NCBI RefSeq assembly: GCF_963853765.1
Contig: NC_088854.1
Span: forward strand, 16,182,001-16,246,000
Reading direction: 5' to 3'
Length of the DNA: 64,000 nucleotides
From: Magallana gigas
Taxonomy: Eukaryota
The position numbers were made by a program, and so were the translations under genes. The notes beneath the pieces were generated by a model, which did not search any database, was not told the DNA's origin, and worked only from the letters and a program-made list of their open reading frames with translations. Below, one piece after another: positions 51,795 to 64,000 of this stretch (the first letter of the stretch is position 1; each line of letters opens with the position of its first letter).

Positions 51795-54085
51795 ATTCAT
51801 GTTTGCTTCATTACTAGTACAACTGGCCGTAGTCCATTACATGTAGATTGCTGATCCACCTGAAAGTATAACGATGTCGGACATCTAGGACGGTTGATTT
51901 CTGGGACTGCGGTCACCGCTGGTGGAATTCCTCAATATATGAATAGTTCATGTTAAGGTGTCTGTCTGTCAAGGTGTTTAATTGGTAAAAAGTAAGTCTT
52001 CCTGATCTCAGACTACAGATTATTACAGTGCTACATGCATGTATTAATTGTCCATCGCTTGGTTCAGCGTCACTAAGGATGCTTATTGCTCGCAATTTCC
52101 AGATTTACATTCATAAACTACATTGAAACCAAACTTAAAAAAAAAGTAATTGTGAAAAGAAATAAGCACATTCAACCGTCTGTTTTTGGTTATGTAAAGA
52201 ATTAAGCAAATTTTATAAAATTGCGAGAAAAAAGACCTTTTAATAATATATTAGCAGAAATATATGATAGGAACAAGATATTCAAAGTTCGTACAAGTTC
52301 ATTCGATCTTTACAATAAACGGCAGAAAAAGATACTGTCTTGAAGGCCGTTCGAATTTGTGAATTTTAAGGGGGGGGGGGGGGGGTTAGGCAGTGTCCTC
52401 CCTTCTGTAGTTTGGTTTTAATGTATTTTAATGTATTTTCGTTACAGAAGGATAAGTCACAAGTTCAGAACTTGACCTCTCTAATACTATCTCCACTGTT
52501 AAATAGTTGTTTCTGTCTTTTCCAACGTACATTTGAAAATATTTATGAAATATAACCTTCTAATGTGCGTTAAAATTAAGTTAGATATTTTTGCTTGTTG
52601 CCAGAATAATAGCATTTGCGTTATAATTCAGGATTTTTGTCTTTCCTTGTTACCAAGCGAATTTATGTTAATTTTACGTTTCTATAAAATATTTTGATAA
52701 AATATTGCTATAGTTGATATATTTTTATGCCAGGTAGTTCGCTTTAATTAGTTTACGTTATTAATAACTACATGTACTAGTATATCTAAACGTTAAGTGG
52801 TCAGCTAACTCAAGGAAACTCTCGGCCTAGCGTGTTAATTTAGACAGAACAGGGGTCTGGGACATTCCCAGGATGTTCAACGGAGTGGCTTGTGGGGTCT
52901 TCTAATAAGCGTCAATGGTATACAAATAGGCGACCATTATTGAAAACCCTCTCTCTCATCAAACAGAAATATGGCTCCAATGCGGGGACTTTGGGTTTTG
53001 CTTCTTGTTTTATGTAAGTATTTGTGCTGAGAGAGATTATGTTTTTTGCAGAATAATAATCTGGCAGTTTAAAAACATATTTGAGCGAATCCAAAAGTCA
53101 AAAGTAGTTTTAATTTAATTCTGATTATAGTTTCAATTTATAAAGTTCGATACTAGGAGAGGAAAACTTGACTCGCATACTGCTATCCTGAAAATGAATA
53201 GCATATGATTTGAATTAAAATTCAAAGACGCTTATAAGCGATAACAATTATTATTCAATATGCAAAATACTAGTAAATAACGTTGGATTAAATGATATAT
53301 ACCTATTGTAGCATGTTCTTAAAATTTCAAAATCAATGTCAATCTTTATGTATTTTCAGTCGTAGTTCAGCTTTAACAACTGTGTGAACAATTCGTTGAT
53401 GTATTATTCTAAAGAAAAAAATTAATTGCTTGGTAGAATACATGTATATATTAATACACTTTCATCGGTATTTGAAAATTTCTGTACTAAACGTTTTAAC
53501 GTTTTATAGAGAACCAAAGATTGTTTTTTCTTTGTTTTTATAAATTTGAATAAACTTATAATTTTTTTTTTCAATCGGAGGCAGTAAAGATTGACTTAGT
53601 TACGTTAAGGAGTTAATCCAATGGCCGTTTAGCGCCACACATTACGCGTGTTTTCCCTCGGTGCAGGTTGTTGCGACACGGATGATTGTCATCCTATAGA
53701 AAGCCTTACGTGTCACGCATCGGTGATTTAAAGCCCTGTGTTCTGGGGCCCAAACATTGTTCTTCAGGAAAAGTGTCGCAGTAAAAGCCTACACAACTAC
53801 ATATGTTTGTAATTAAGTGGAAACAACGAATATCTGTTTTCTTGGTTGTTCAGTCTGTTAATAGATTATTATTATTTATATCTAACTGTGCAGAGACACC
53901 AGTACAATATAATAGTGTTTTTGCGGTTAAAATAGAGGAAAGCCATTACAAAAAAAAAAAAAAACAACAAATAAAATTATATTTAAACGTTTTACGAATA
54001 AATGATAAATAATTATGTGTAATATTTTAAACAAATTCACATTTTATTACTTTCGAGCTATTTCTTTGTCTGCGTCTACTTTCAG

Positions 54086-57000
54086 ACTTGGACTCCGCGA
54101 ACAGCCAATGGGGATTGAGCTTTGGTTGGTTTTGGGGGAATTTAGAAGATCTCAAGTCATCAACAGTAGAATCCGGTGTTGTTAAATCTTCCTCGTATAT
54201 TCCTGGATCCAGGACCAAAACATCTCTGTTTGGAAATGGTGATGGCTCTTCGTCAGAGGAAGATTCTTTCGCTATTTTGTCTTCTATAGTGGACAGGCAA
54301 GAGCGCAACACACCCTTAAGGCCACGCAATGGAAAAGGCTTAGGGAAAAAGAAAAGATTGAGAAAGTATCGCAAGAGGAACAAATCATTGCGAAGAACCC
54401 AGCAGTATCGTAAAGGTCTTCAAGCAATTCGAAAAAAGTATAACAACCATGTTCGAAGAAAGTATAGTAACAGGCCTTATAAAGAAGAAAAAATATACGC
54501 ACAACAAAACATAGAACCTACAAAATATGGATCCCATACCAATCCATCCACATCACAAGGCAGACAAAAGACAACTACATTGGAGGACATTGTAAATGGT
54601 ATTCATGGCAGTCAAGGTACCATAAATCCTACAGAATCTGGACCCCAAAGTAGCCGACCCGTCCAACCAGGAAAACAAAAATCCACAACATTAGAGGAGA
54701 TAGTGAATGGCAATTATGATAGTCAAAGTAGCATTAATCCTACAGAATATGGACCCCAAAGTAGCCGACCCGTCCCACAAGGAAAACAAAAATCCACAAC
54801 ATTAGAGGAGATAGTGAATGGCAATTATGATAGTCAAAGTAGCATTAATCCTACAGAATATGGACCCCAAAGTAGCCGACCCGTCCCACCAGGAAAACAA
54901 AAATCCACAACATTAGAGGAGATAGTGAATGGCAATTATGATAGTCAAAGTAGCATTAATCCTACAGAATCTGGACCCCAAAGCAAATCGCATGGAAAAC
55001 AAAAGACAAGTACATTGGAGGAAATAGTAAGTGGCAGTCATGGTATTTCGTCTCCTTCGGTAATACCAGGTACGCAATCCAACGGACAAACAATCTTGCG
55101 GTCACAACCACAAAGAAGAAACTCAAACGTCATTCGAAAGAACTCAAGAAATGTTTCGAATCGTGCTGGAAACATTGGGACAACTTCACGTGGTGAACTG
55201 GAAGTAGAGCATGGGAATGAAACAGAGGCTACTGATGCTCCGGAATCAGAAGGACAGACTACATTACCGACAACCACTACGACCGAGTTCAAAACACTGG
55301 AAGTAGAGTATGAAAAGGAATACTACGACGGGATGGACTTATTTGGATTCGGACCTGATCCTTTTTATTCTAATCTCGGATTATCCAGAGGAGAGAATAT
55401 ATATGAAAATGGATTCACCACACCCCTTACAAAAACTCAGCAAGAAAATAGAAATAGTAATGCTAAAACACAGAGCAAAGGACAAACGTTAAATACTCAA
55501 GCTTCACCTCTCAAATCTAACGACGTTGCGGCAAAAGACCTAGAAACGGCTCCCCACAGTGCGCTTGATTCACAGAATAACAAAACGGTTTCCGATGGAA
55601 GCAACAACAATATAGAGGATTTTAAAAAGGGAAAGAGTTCACCCGCTTCGCTACCTGCTGTCGCCGAACACGCTGCAGCTCATTCTACATCTGCAGTACA
55701 TCCGCAGCAGAACAAAAATCTGAGCAAAGATGTTGATAATCATAGCCAAAGAAGCCTTTCCAGGAAACCACAGACGGTTTCTATTCCAAAAGAAGCGGAA
55801 AACAGATATTTGATGAAACACGGTAAAGTACCTCATAAACAGCAACAGGAGAAGACTGACAACCAGTTCAACTTACATGCTGATCACCCCCAAGCCTGGA
55901 AGTCTTATGACATAGTTAATCCCCAGCAACATTTACTTACTGACAGTAGAAGTAACATTCAAAGTTCCAAATCTGTCTCATCTGGACCCACAAACGTAAA
56001 ACCAACACAATATCAAATGTCAGATTCGTCTCCTCCATCTATAGAAAGCCAATCTCTTTCGAAAATTGCGTGGAAAAGTTCAAAGGGGAGCGATTTTACG
56101 GTTGGTAAAAATAATGGTCAAAAGACCAACCAAGAGGTGAACAAAGAAGGAATTACTTCATTTGACAAACAATTCAGAAATAACCAAAACGTTCAAACAT
56201 ATAATCGAGTAGGGTCTGGTAGAACGAATTATATAGAAAGGAATTCTTTCCAGACATCAGGAGTTCAAGCACATTCACCACCGGCTCATGGTGGCAAATC
56301 TTCTATTCATAATAACTCTATAATGAAAGGTAACGACCAAGGGACATCTTTACCATTAAGAGGAAGCGATGCAGGTGGTGGTGCAAATAATGCCAATCCT
56401 AGCCCAGGAGACAACATTACCAATGGTAAAAACGGCAAAAAAATAAACGCCTTGTTTTTGACACCTGCACAGAAAGCCAAGAAAAATTCCGAGTACTCGA
56501 GTAAAATTGAGAAAACTTGGGTAGACGGATTTCTTCCGGATAAAAATTCAATAAACGAACAGTCAGTCAAAGGCATTGATCCATCACACAAAAATATAAA
56601 AGGTAATGAACCAGGACCAAAGACCATAAATTCTTTATTTAGTCTCACTGAAACCGCATCCGAGGACAAAAACGCTCAACTACAGCAGTATAGAAAACAA
56701 TCAATCGCATCCAAACCTTCAGTTCCACCGAGGATGCATTCTTCTGAAATGCATAACTCGGCATCATCAAACACTATTTCGGTTGTACCGAAAGTAACAA
56801 ACATCAATGATTCTAAACAGAATTATATCAGTTCTAACACACAGTCAAAGCCAAATTTGGACACGGCGATTAAAAAGAGGCCAATGTCGACACTATCACA
56901 CATGTCCTCCTCAGTCACCGCCATCCCATCACATATACCGCAATCGTCTTGGGACAGAAGCGTTAACGATCGTATGTCTCACAAATACGGAAAACCGATA

Positions 57001-59760
57001 CTTAGTGGAGGAAAGAGTGCAACTATGGCAGATCACCACCGAAAGGATTCGATAAAAGACATACGGAGGTTAAATGTTGACAAAACTGAAAATATTAAAG
57101 TCTTTGACCGCATCAAACAACGCGTAATTAATACACAGGAAAGTGCTAATGGTGTTCATCGGATACCAACAACCAGTGACACGCTTATAATTCCATCAAA
57201 ATCCAGAATCAGCATTGTAGCAGATATAAAAAATGACATCCATCAATCAAAACCACATAAAACATCCAGTTTTGTTGAAAACACCAGTACAAAAGACCAG
57301 ACAAAAGCACAATTAAATGAAGCACCACTCAATACGCCACAAAAGGTGAAGCCACCAAATTTGATATCCGAAGGTTTCCCATCGCGCATGAACAAAATAA
57401 GTTCAAATAATACTGCTGAAGAGACAGAAATAATTCCTGATATCCCAGGTCAAGGTGATGTTCATATAAAACTGCCTGAGATACCTACCCGACTAACGAA
57501 GGCTCTCGGTCAAAGAGATAGAACCAACAGTCACCAGAAAAGCCCACCTGCACCACCTGTTGTTGTCGAGCAAATTCAAATTCCAAATAAAAACACATTT
57601 AGCTTCCCAAACTCCAATAAAGCACAGGAAGCAAAGTCAACATCAATAGACGGAACGTTGGCTAATCTTCAACGTCCAGAAAAAACGGCTAATAAACTGA
57701 AACTAACTCTCCTTGAAACCGAACAAAAACCACATACAAGAGTTGCTGCCCCTAACCCTGTTAAATCAAACAAGCGTCAAGAAACCAAGAAAAAGATTAT
57801 ACAAGCACATGACATACAATTGATACCATATTCAAATGCCATTCCTTTAGACAAGATCATGCGAAAACAACAGAATCATTTCCGAAAGTCTCCTTCGATT
57901 CACTCGAGTACTAATATGCACGGATTAGGGAAAAGGTACGACAAGCCAGTTAATAGGCATAGCAAATCAAACACGATAGAAAAACATCCAAGCAATAAGG
58001 CTGATTTCAATCACAAATCTTCAAATACATTCAGGCTTACATCGGCCGAGGTGATGAATACTCCTAACAAAAAAGAAAGAAAACGTCCATTGTTGACCAC
58101 AAACAAATTCCTTAATCAAAACCATGTGAATTCAACCAAAGATCATCATAAAAGAACAGGAGGAGGACGAAATATTATTCCAGAGATGAAATTTCAAATA
58201 AATAAGAAATCAACACCATCGGGAAAAATCGTATCACCGAATGCTCGAGAGTTTCAGTCATCACCAATTAAAGTTGAAAAAATTACAAAACATCCGAAGG
58301 TGTCTCTTCTCTCAAAATATCAGAAAAAACCTGTGCAAAAATCAGAACTAAATGCTATTGTCGGACTAAAACGAATTTCTCCTATGGATTATAGTAAACA
58401 AGCAGCCAATGATAAAAAATATAGGCAAAATCATCCTAATGGTCTTTCAAATTCTAATGGTCTTAAAAAGATGGTAGGTTCAGGACGGCGGTTCAACATC
58501 AAACCTAAAGCAGTTGTTACGGATTCTCCTAAGAAAACGACCCCAGTCGGTGAAAATGAATTTGAACAGGAAATGAATGGGCCAGCAAATAAAGTCAAAC
58601 CTTCTGGTGGATTGAAAACAACGTTTAATCCCGCGACTGAAAATGAAATAGAAGTAGAAGGTGGTATAACGACTTTACGGAGTAGTTCCAGCTCTACTAG
58701 TCCAATCTCAGTTAGTGGAGAAACCGAAAGTGAGGGCGAAGAACAAACCATGACTTCAAAGATACAACAAACTACAGAACAATCAACATCTACTCAACAA
58801 GATGAAATGGAGTACGAGTATGAATATGAGTATTCGACAACAACAGACGTGAATGGCAGAATGGGCTCCGGCCGAGACCCTTCTGTGGTTGGAACAGCAG
58901 GTGATAATATTTTCAGTGGCTCTTGGAAGAATGCAGCTCGCCAAAATGCGAGAGAGATCGCCTTGGAAATGGAAGGAACGTGGACAGGTTGGCTTAAAAG
59001 ATCTAATTGTTGTATGACATTTGCTGTGCCTACTTGATATTGTAAATTAATAGGGTTGTTTTTAACCTTTTCAGCTGTGAATGCCAGTGTCATTGGAAGA
59101 CAAAATACATGTCCATCTTACAAAATGCGCTACCAGAGAAATGCGGTTGTTTTCGATACCATCGATGAACANNNNNNNNNNNNNNNNNNNNNNNNNNNNN
59201 NNNNNNNNNNNNNNNNNNNNNNNNNNNNNNNNNNNNNNNNNNNNNNNNNNNNNNNNNNNNNNNNNNNNNNNNNNNNNNNNNNNNNNNNNNNNNNNNNNNN
59301 NNNNNNNNNNNNNNNNNNNNNNNTATATATTTCAGTTAAAGACTAAACAAACTTTCTACATTTTGTGTTCTCTCTTTACAGTATAATAACATGGAATAAG
59401 CGACAACAGAGGGAACAGGTGAAAGAGAAACTTTGGTGGGGTATCAACACTTACTATCGATCAAGGTATGCTAATACCACTAAAAGGCTCTGTAAACAAC
59501 ATTGCACGAGTACCTTAAATTAATTTTACCAACAGCTATCGTCTCGATTAAGTACATTATTTAGAATACCTAACTGTTATGAAACCCTGACAGGAAAAAA
59601 GCCAATTTGACAACGCTAATCAAAAAATTAAGCGGTTTGAGGTTCCTCGTTTTAATTGTGTAGCCAAAGAATTTTGTGGAAAACACAGCTTAAAGTAAAT
59701 GTAATTCTTTTCTTAAGGTCTGTGTATGTACCAGTTGTGACGTATGTTGATCTTCGATGA
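54086..59760 (+). CDS. Uncharacterised ~1,700-aa low-complexity, probably secreted protein with one 4.9-kb exon
   Basis: Acceptor ttcAG|AC at 54085 and open exon 54086-58987 (phase 1/1). Then an 87-nt intron and exons 59075-~59171, 59382-59465 and 59718-59760 (stop). The protein is S/T/N/K/Q/P-rich with no recognised domain. The start exon is unresolved. Confidence 0.7.
54513..55045 (+). repeat. In-frame 111-bp (37-aa) coding tandem repeat, ~4.3 units
   Basis: Unit STTLEEIVNGNYDSQSSINPTEYGPQSSRPVPQGKQK. The anchor ggaaaacaaaaatcc occurs at 54670, 54781 and 54892. Confidence 0.95.
59172..59323. other. Assembly gap (152 N) adjoining a (TA) run
   Basis: Directly visible. Confidence 0.99.
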
Positions 59761-60736
59761 ATAATGAGAACAAAGAAACAGAGGGAGAAATCCAGTTGTT
59801 GTAGATGAACTGAAAGCAAAGAATGCGTTTTAAACTTGAATAGAAAAACTTATTTTTTATGACGCAGATTTGTGGCAAATGGTAGATATGATGTCTACAT
59901 GTAAATTGGAGAGATATGGCTCGGAATGAAACTTTGAGTGACATGGAATTTTCATTTGATTTTTTTTTTCCTCACATGTAATGCATGGGTACATTATACG
60001 AATAGAGTTATTCCTAATTAATGTACAATCTATATTGATTTTGTAATTGCTTTTAAAGATTTCCCTTTTTCTTGGTCATATAATATGTGAATCAGTTGAA
60101 GCTTGGAAAATTATAATGATTAGTCACCATGGTGTGTATATACATTTATTAGTTTTTTATAGATATTGTAAAATTTTTGGTTAAATTTCTTCCATGAAAT
60201 TTGATTAAGGATCTTTCAAAAATACTACATGCATAAAAATACATATAATGTGCTAAAAATTATGTTTTATTTGTATATAAGACAATAATATGTACATATA
60301 TTTTTAGGTATATTTATGTACGTACATGATTTATAGAGATTATGAATAACGTACTTTAACTAAATTTTTGATTCGTCTTAGTAATGAAAAATAAGTGAAT
60401 GGTATTTTGATATCCGACGAATGTACATGAATATGCATTAAGACATACCTTTTTTTTATTGTGTATAAGTGATGAAAAATCTACAAATGATATTTTTGAT
60501 ATACAATGAATGTACATGGTTATGCATAAAGTACAAATTGTAAGTAATGAGAAGAAATGTGATTAAATTTTACCTGGCAATTCATGTTTGACAAAAAAAA
60601 ACCCAAATTGCAATTCTTTATATAAATGTGAATATACTCAGGGAAAAAAAGACATCTGTAAATCAAATGGAATGTAGCTTTGCTGCATTTATGAAATTGC
60701 ACATTCATAACAGTATTTTCATGCAACGATACCATT

Positions 60737-63700
60737 TCATTTGATATCGAGGAGAGAAAATCGCACTTTTTCTTGAGTGGACCCTGTATTGTAGCCTTCC
60801 TCCTCTTGATCAGTCAACACTATGTCCGGGGTGTTCAGTTTATTACGCAAAGGTACTCTTTCATAAGAACCAGACTCAAAAGTAGACACGCTTCTTTGTG
60901 ATGACGCAGACAGTGGCGGTGATGACATAGGCGGTCTCTTTGAATAGAAATTAGGCTCCTCCGTCAACTTTATGATTTTTGGATGATCTTCATTGAATGT
61001 ATTGTTTCGGGGTCTAAAATTTTGAAATAAATTTTGATTGATATAAAAACTGATTGTGCGATGCTGGAAATGCAATTTAATTTTAATTCATTAACCGAGT
61101 AGCTTGCATTTTTTAAAAAAAGTTTATATCGCTACATACAAGTATCCAAAAATGTAGTCCTTCAATTTACATGACCTAACTAGATTTCAATAAGAGACCC
61201 TTTCTTTTTACATAAAAACTTAATGTTACATACAAACGTGGCCGAGACTGGCGAAGTCTTTCAAGGCTGTCCGTGTCATCTGAAATAAATCGAAATAGAA
61301 AGAGTAGAAAATAGAGATTACACTCACAAATGTAAAGTCTTATTATTTTGTATACACCGTCTTGTCGAGGCTTACATGCGTAGTTCTTTTTCTTCGCTCT
61401 TTGGTTGCATTTTACATATACTCCACAACACACGATCGCCAGGAAAACGACGACACTACCAACTATTATAGCAATCAACAAAGGAGGACTTGTTGCTAGG
61501 GATACCTCTGAAATATAAGCCGAGAAAACGTTAAGTAAACATGTACTTAGTAAGACCTCTGAAAATGGAATACTCTTTAAAACAATTTCTCAAAATACTA
61601 TCAAAGTGACATTCACCTTTGACATCAACTTGTAAACGTGATGAGGCCGAGCTAAAGTAGCTGGACTTCGCTTCACACGTGTATTCTCCAGCCTCGCTTC
61701 CAGAAACGTCAAACACAACGAGATGGCCATTATCAAGTCCTCCGTACGGCAGGAACGTGACACGAGACGAGAGTTCAGAGAGACTCCTCCCATTCTTCTT
61801 CCACACGACTGACGGGGTGGGGTACCCAGCTGTCTTACAGTACAAGTGAAGAGAGTCCCCCACGTTTATTGTCTTCATTCCGTCGAGCATAGTTTTTGGA
61901 GGCGCTGTTAAGTGAATGATGAACAAATTTTAATACTTCAACGCTAGTAATTTCTGGAGACATATATTCGTAATTAGGATCATATCTTCTATTTTACCAT
62001 ATATTTCCATGGTTATCGACACCTGCTGCTGAGCAGGGGACCCCACTTCTAGGAGTATGTTGCATTCATATTTTCCAGCGTCCGATAGTTCTAAATAGAA
62101 ATTGATATAATGGTTTTAAATGGGTTATTGCAATGCTCCCTTTTGCTCGATATTAAGTTCTACCATATGGTATAAAATTACTAACGTGTACGGGTGATTT
62201 GAAGAGTCCTTGAGTTTGGGAAATAATTCATTCGTCCGTGAGAATCGAGGTCTTTTATGGAATTCCCTTCTTTTGTCCAAAACATTTGATACGGGACGTC
62301 AGTTGGCAGGCCTTTTACGTCGCACTCTAGGTACATTGTCTGGTTGGGCGTGATTGCCTGCCAAGAACCGTTACCGCTGACTATACGAGGAAAAGAAACG
62401 TTGAATTAAATTTTATGGAAAATCATGATATACTAGTACGAGAATCCAAGGTAACCTTTTTTTCAAAACCTTACCTGAAAGTACATTCACCTCCCAAGTC
62501 CGGGACATTTCACCAATCCGACAGGTGTAGTTGCCACTGTCAGTGACATCGACGTAAGGTTTCCGTATTGATGACGTCACAAAAACAGCTCCGTCGGACT
62601 TCTTGACGTCTCTGGTAATTTGGAATTGTCGGTTGTTAATATCACCACCAGCGTACTCCCAGGAAAAGTCACGGCGATTCAGTGACCGGTACTCACAGGA
62701 CAGGTGTACAGCGTTTTGAGAGGACACCCAGTACCTGTCTATCTTTGGACTTTTCTCCAGTGTCACTGTCAGCGACAAAGCAATCACAGTAATTTTCAAA
62801 AATATAAAGGCATGAGTATACCAGTACAATAGAGTGCTTTAAAGGATAGAAATGAAATCAACAGTTACTAAAATTTTGCGAGATCAGTCACAGATAACAA
62901 TGTCAAAGTGGAAATGAAGTATATACAAATAATAATAAACTACATTTTTATTTGATCAAAAAGCGCGTAATACAAACAGGATTAGATTATTAATATACAA
63001 TGACGTACATCGTTGAATTCTCTATCTTGTGATACTCACTTGCATGGACCGTTATAGTTTCACTGAAGGTACTGTTGGGGATAAAACACGTGTAATTTCC
63101 TGAATCCAGGAACTCCGTGGTGGCCTTAGTGATTGTGTCTGTAATTGTTACTCTTCCTCCGGATAGCTGTTCCTTGGAACTTCTTCTGAAACCGTCCACC
63201 ATTCCCATGCGAACATAGTCTTTGGACCAAGACACAACGTCCCTTTTGGATCCAGTGTATTCGCACGAAATCTTTAACGTCTCTGGTACCGGCAAATTGA
63301 TGGTTTTTCTTATCGGTTCTAATATTCGTAAATCTTTAAGAGATTAAAATTTCTATATTAACGTTTACAGTATATTCTAAATGAAAGACATAATTAGAAC
63401 CATTTTAACATGGCCTTGGACTTTCCGTTGGATGTAACTATCTATTTCTTGTGTCAAAACAAGTTAAAATGACGCTGGTTTCAAGCGAAATATACACCGA
63501 TTGCGTAGTCTTCGCTCGAAAGCCAGACAAATCTTGTTGATTTCAGAGAGCCTTGGCTGAATGGCTAGCAATGATATAGACAGGCCTACGTCACATTGCG
63601 TTTGACACGACTACCCAAAGTCCAAGCTCTTGTTAAAATGGTTCTAAGTTAAGCATATTCGCTCAGTGTACGTTTTAAATTATGCAAATGTAATTTGTAT

Positions 63701-63930
63701 GCTAAAACCTTAGATTTACTTTTCTATCATTATATAAAATAAGCCAAAACACCCCCAGAAAACCAAAACTTGTGGCACATACTTTGGGGTATGAGACATC
63801 CTTTGATCTCCAGCCTCAGTGCTATGTTCCCGTGCCAGGCTGTGGGAGAGATTCTGATGTACTTGGTTATGATGGGGGAGGGAAGGTCATTCTTCACAAC
63901 CGTGCCCGAGTCAGTGTTAGCGCGGAAATA
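60737..63930 (-). CDS. 3' part of a type-I membrane receptor: F5/8 type C (discoidin) domain + 4 Ig domains + TM + cytoplasmic tail (5' end outside window)
   Basis: Exons: 63930-63783 (YFRANTD...PIITKYIRISPTAWHGNIALRLEIKGC, discoidin C-terminus); 63318-63040, 62765-62475, 62380-62186 + 62090-61998 and 61904-61617 (Ig domains, C...W...DSGxYxC); 61507-61358 (TM); 61279-61234; 61013-60737. All are in phase. Confidence 0.88.
63394..63647. mobile_element. MITE in an intron of the discoidin-Ig gene
   Basis: Perfect 17-bp TIR ttagaaccattttaaca ... tgttaaaatggttctaa. Confidence 0.7.
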
Positions 63931-64000
63931 CTGTCAAACAATAAAACAGTTAGTTACCTTAATACGAGACAATAAACTAGATTAAAGGGAAAACTATGGG

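Noticed and set aside
58988-59037. C-terminus WLKRSNCCMTFAVPT* of the 1649-aa ORF
   Set aside because: More likely intron read-through. The donor at 58988 and acceptor at 59074 give an 87-nt intron and an in-phase continuation. RNA-seq would settle it.
59076-59168. Alternative frame CECQCHWKTKY...KCGCFRYHR*, resembling a cystine-knot tail
   Set aside because: It needs a phase-2 donor at the end of the giant exon, and the evident donors there are phase 1.
63770-63985. Two plus-strand ORFs at the window end
   Set aside because: They are antisense to the discoidin-domain exon on the minus strand.

Overview
AT-rich, intron-containing animal DNA, most likely from a Crassostrea/Magallana oyster. 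This is inferred from a Helentron-type element carrying a ~166-bp array resembling the Cg170/HindIII satellite, plus typical bivalve MITEs and LINE remnants. Genes were reconstructed by hand from splice sites and reading phase. In order: (1) three tandem minus-strand genes for ~196-aa secreted, probably GPI-anchored, Cys-rich Ly6/three-finger-like proteins, interleaved with orphan first-exon relics; (2) two tandem plus-strand six-exon SPFH/Band-7 genes with an N-terminal TM helix and an unusual Cys-rich insert, plus a relic of a third; (3) a DC-STAMP/DCST-family gene with an N-terminal SH3 domain and a C-terminal C4C4 RING-like motif; (4) a J-domain-less RJL/DNAJC27-like GTPase head-to-head with DNAJC22; (5) a gene with a 4.9-kb exon encoding a ~1,700-aa low-complexity, repeat-bearing protein; (6) the 3' part of a discoidin(F5/8C)-4xIg type-I membrane receptor. 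Repeats include RTE, RTEX and CR1 LINE fragments, a decayed Crypton, several Helentron (HINE) elements, several MITEs (one with a telomeric-repeat core), a (TA)n run and a 152-N gap. No rRNA, tRNA or CRISPR was seen. Coordinates were counted by hand; repeat boundaries are approximate and family names are from recall, not from searches.
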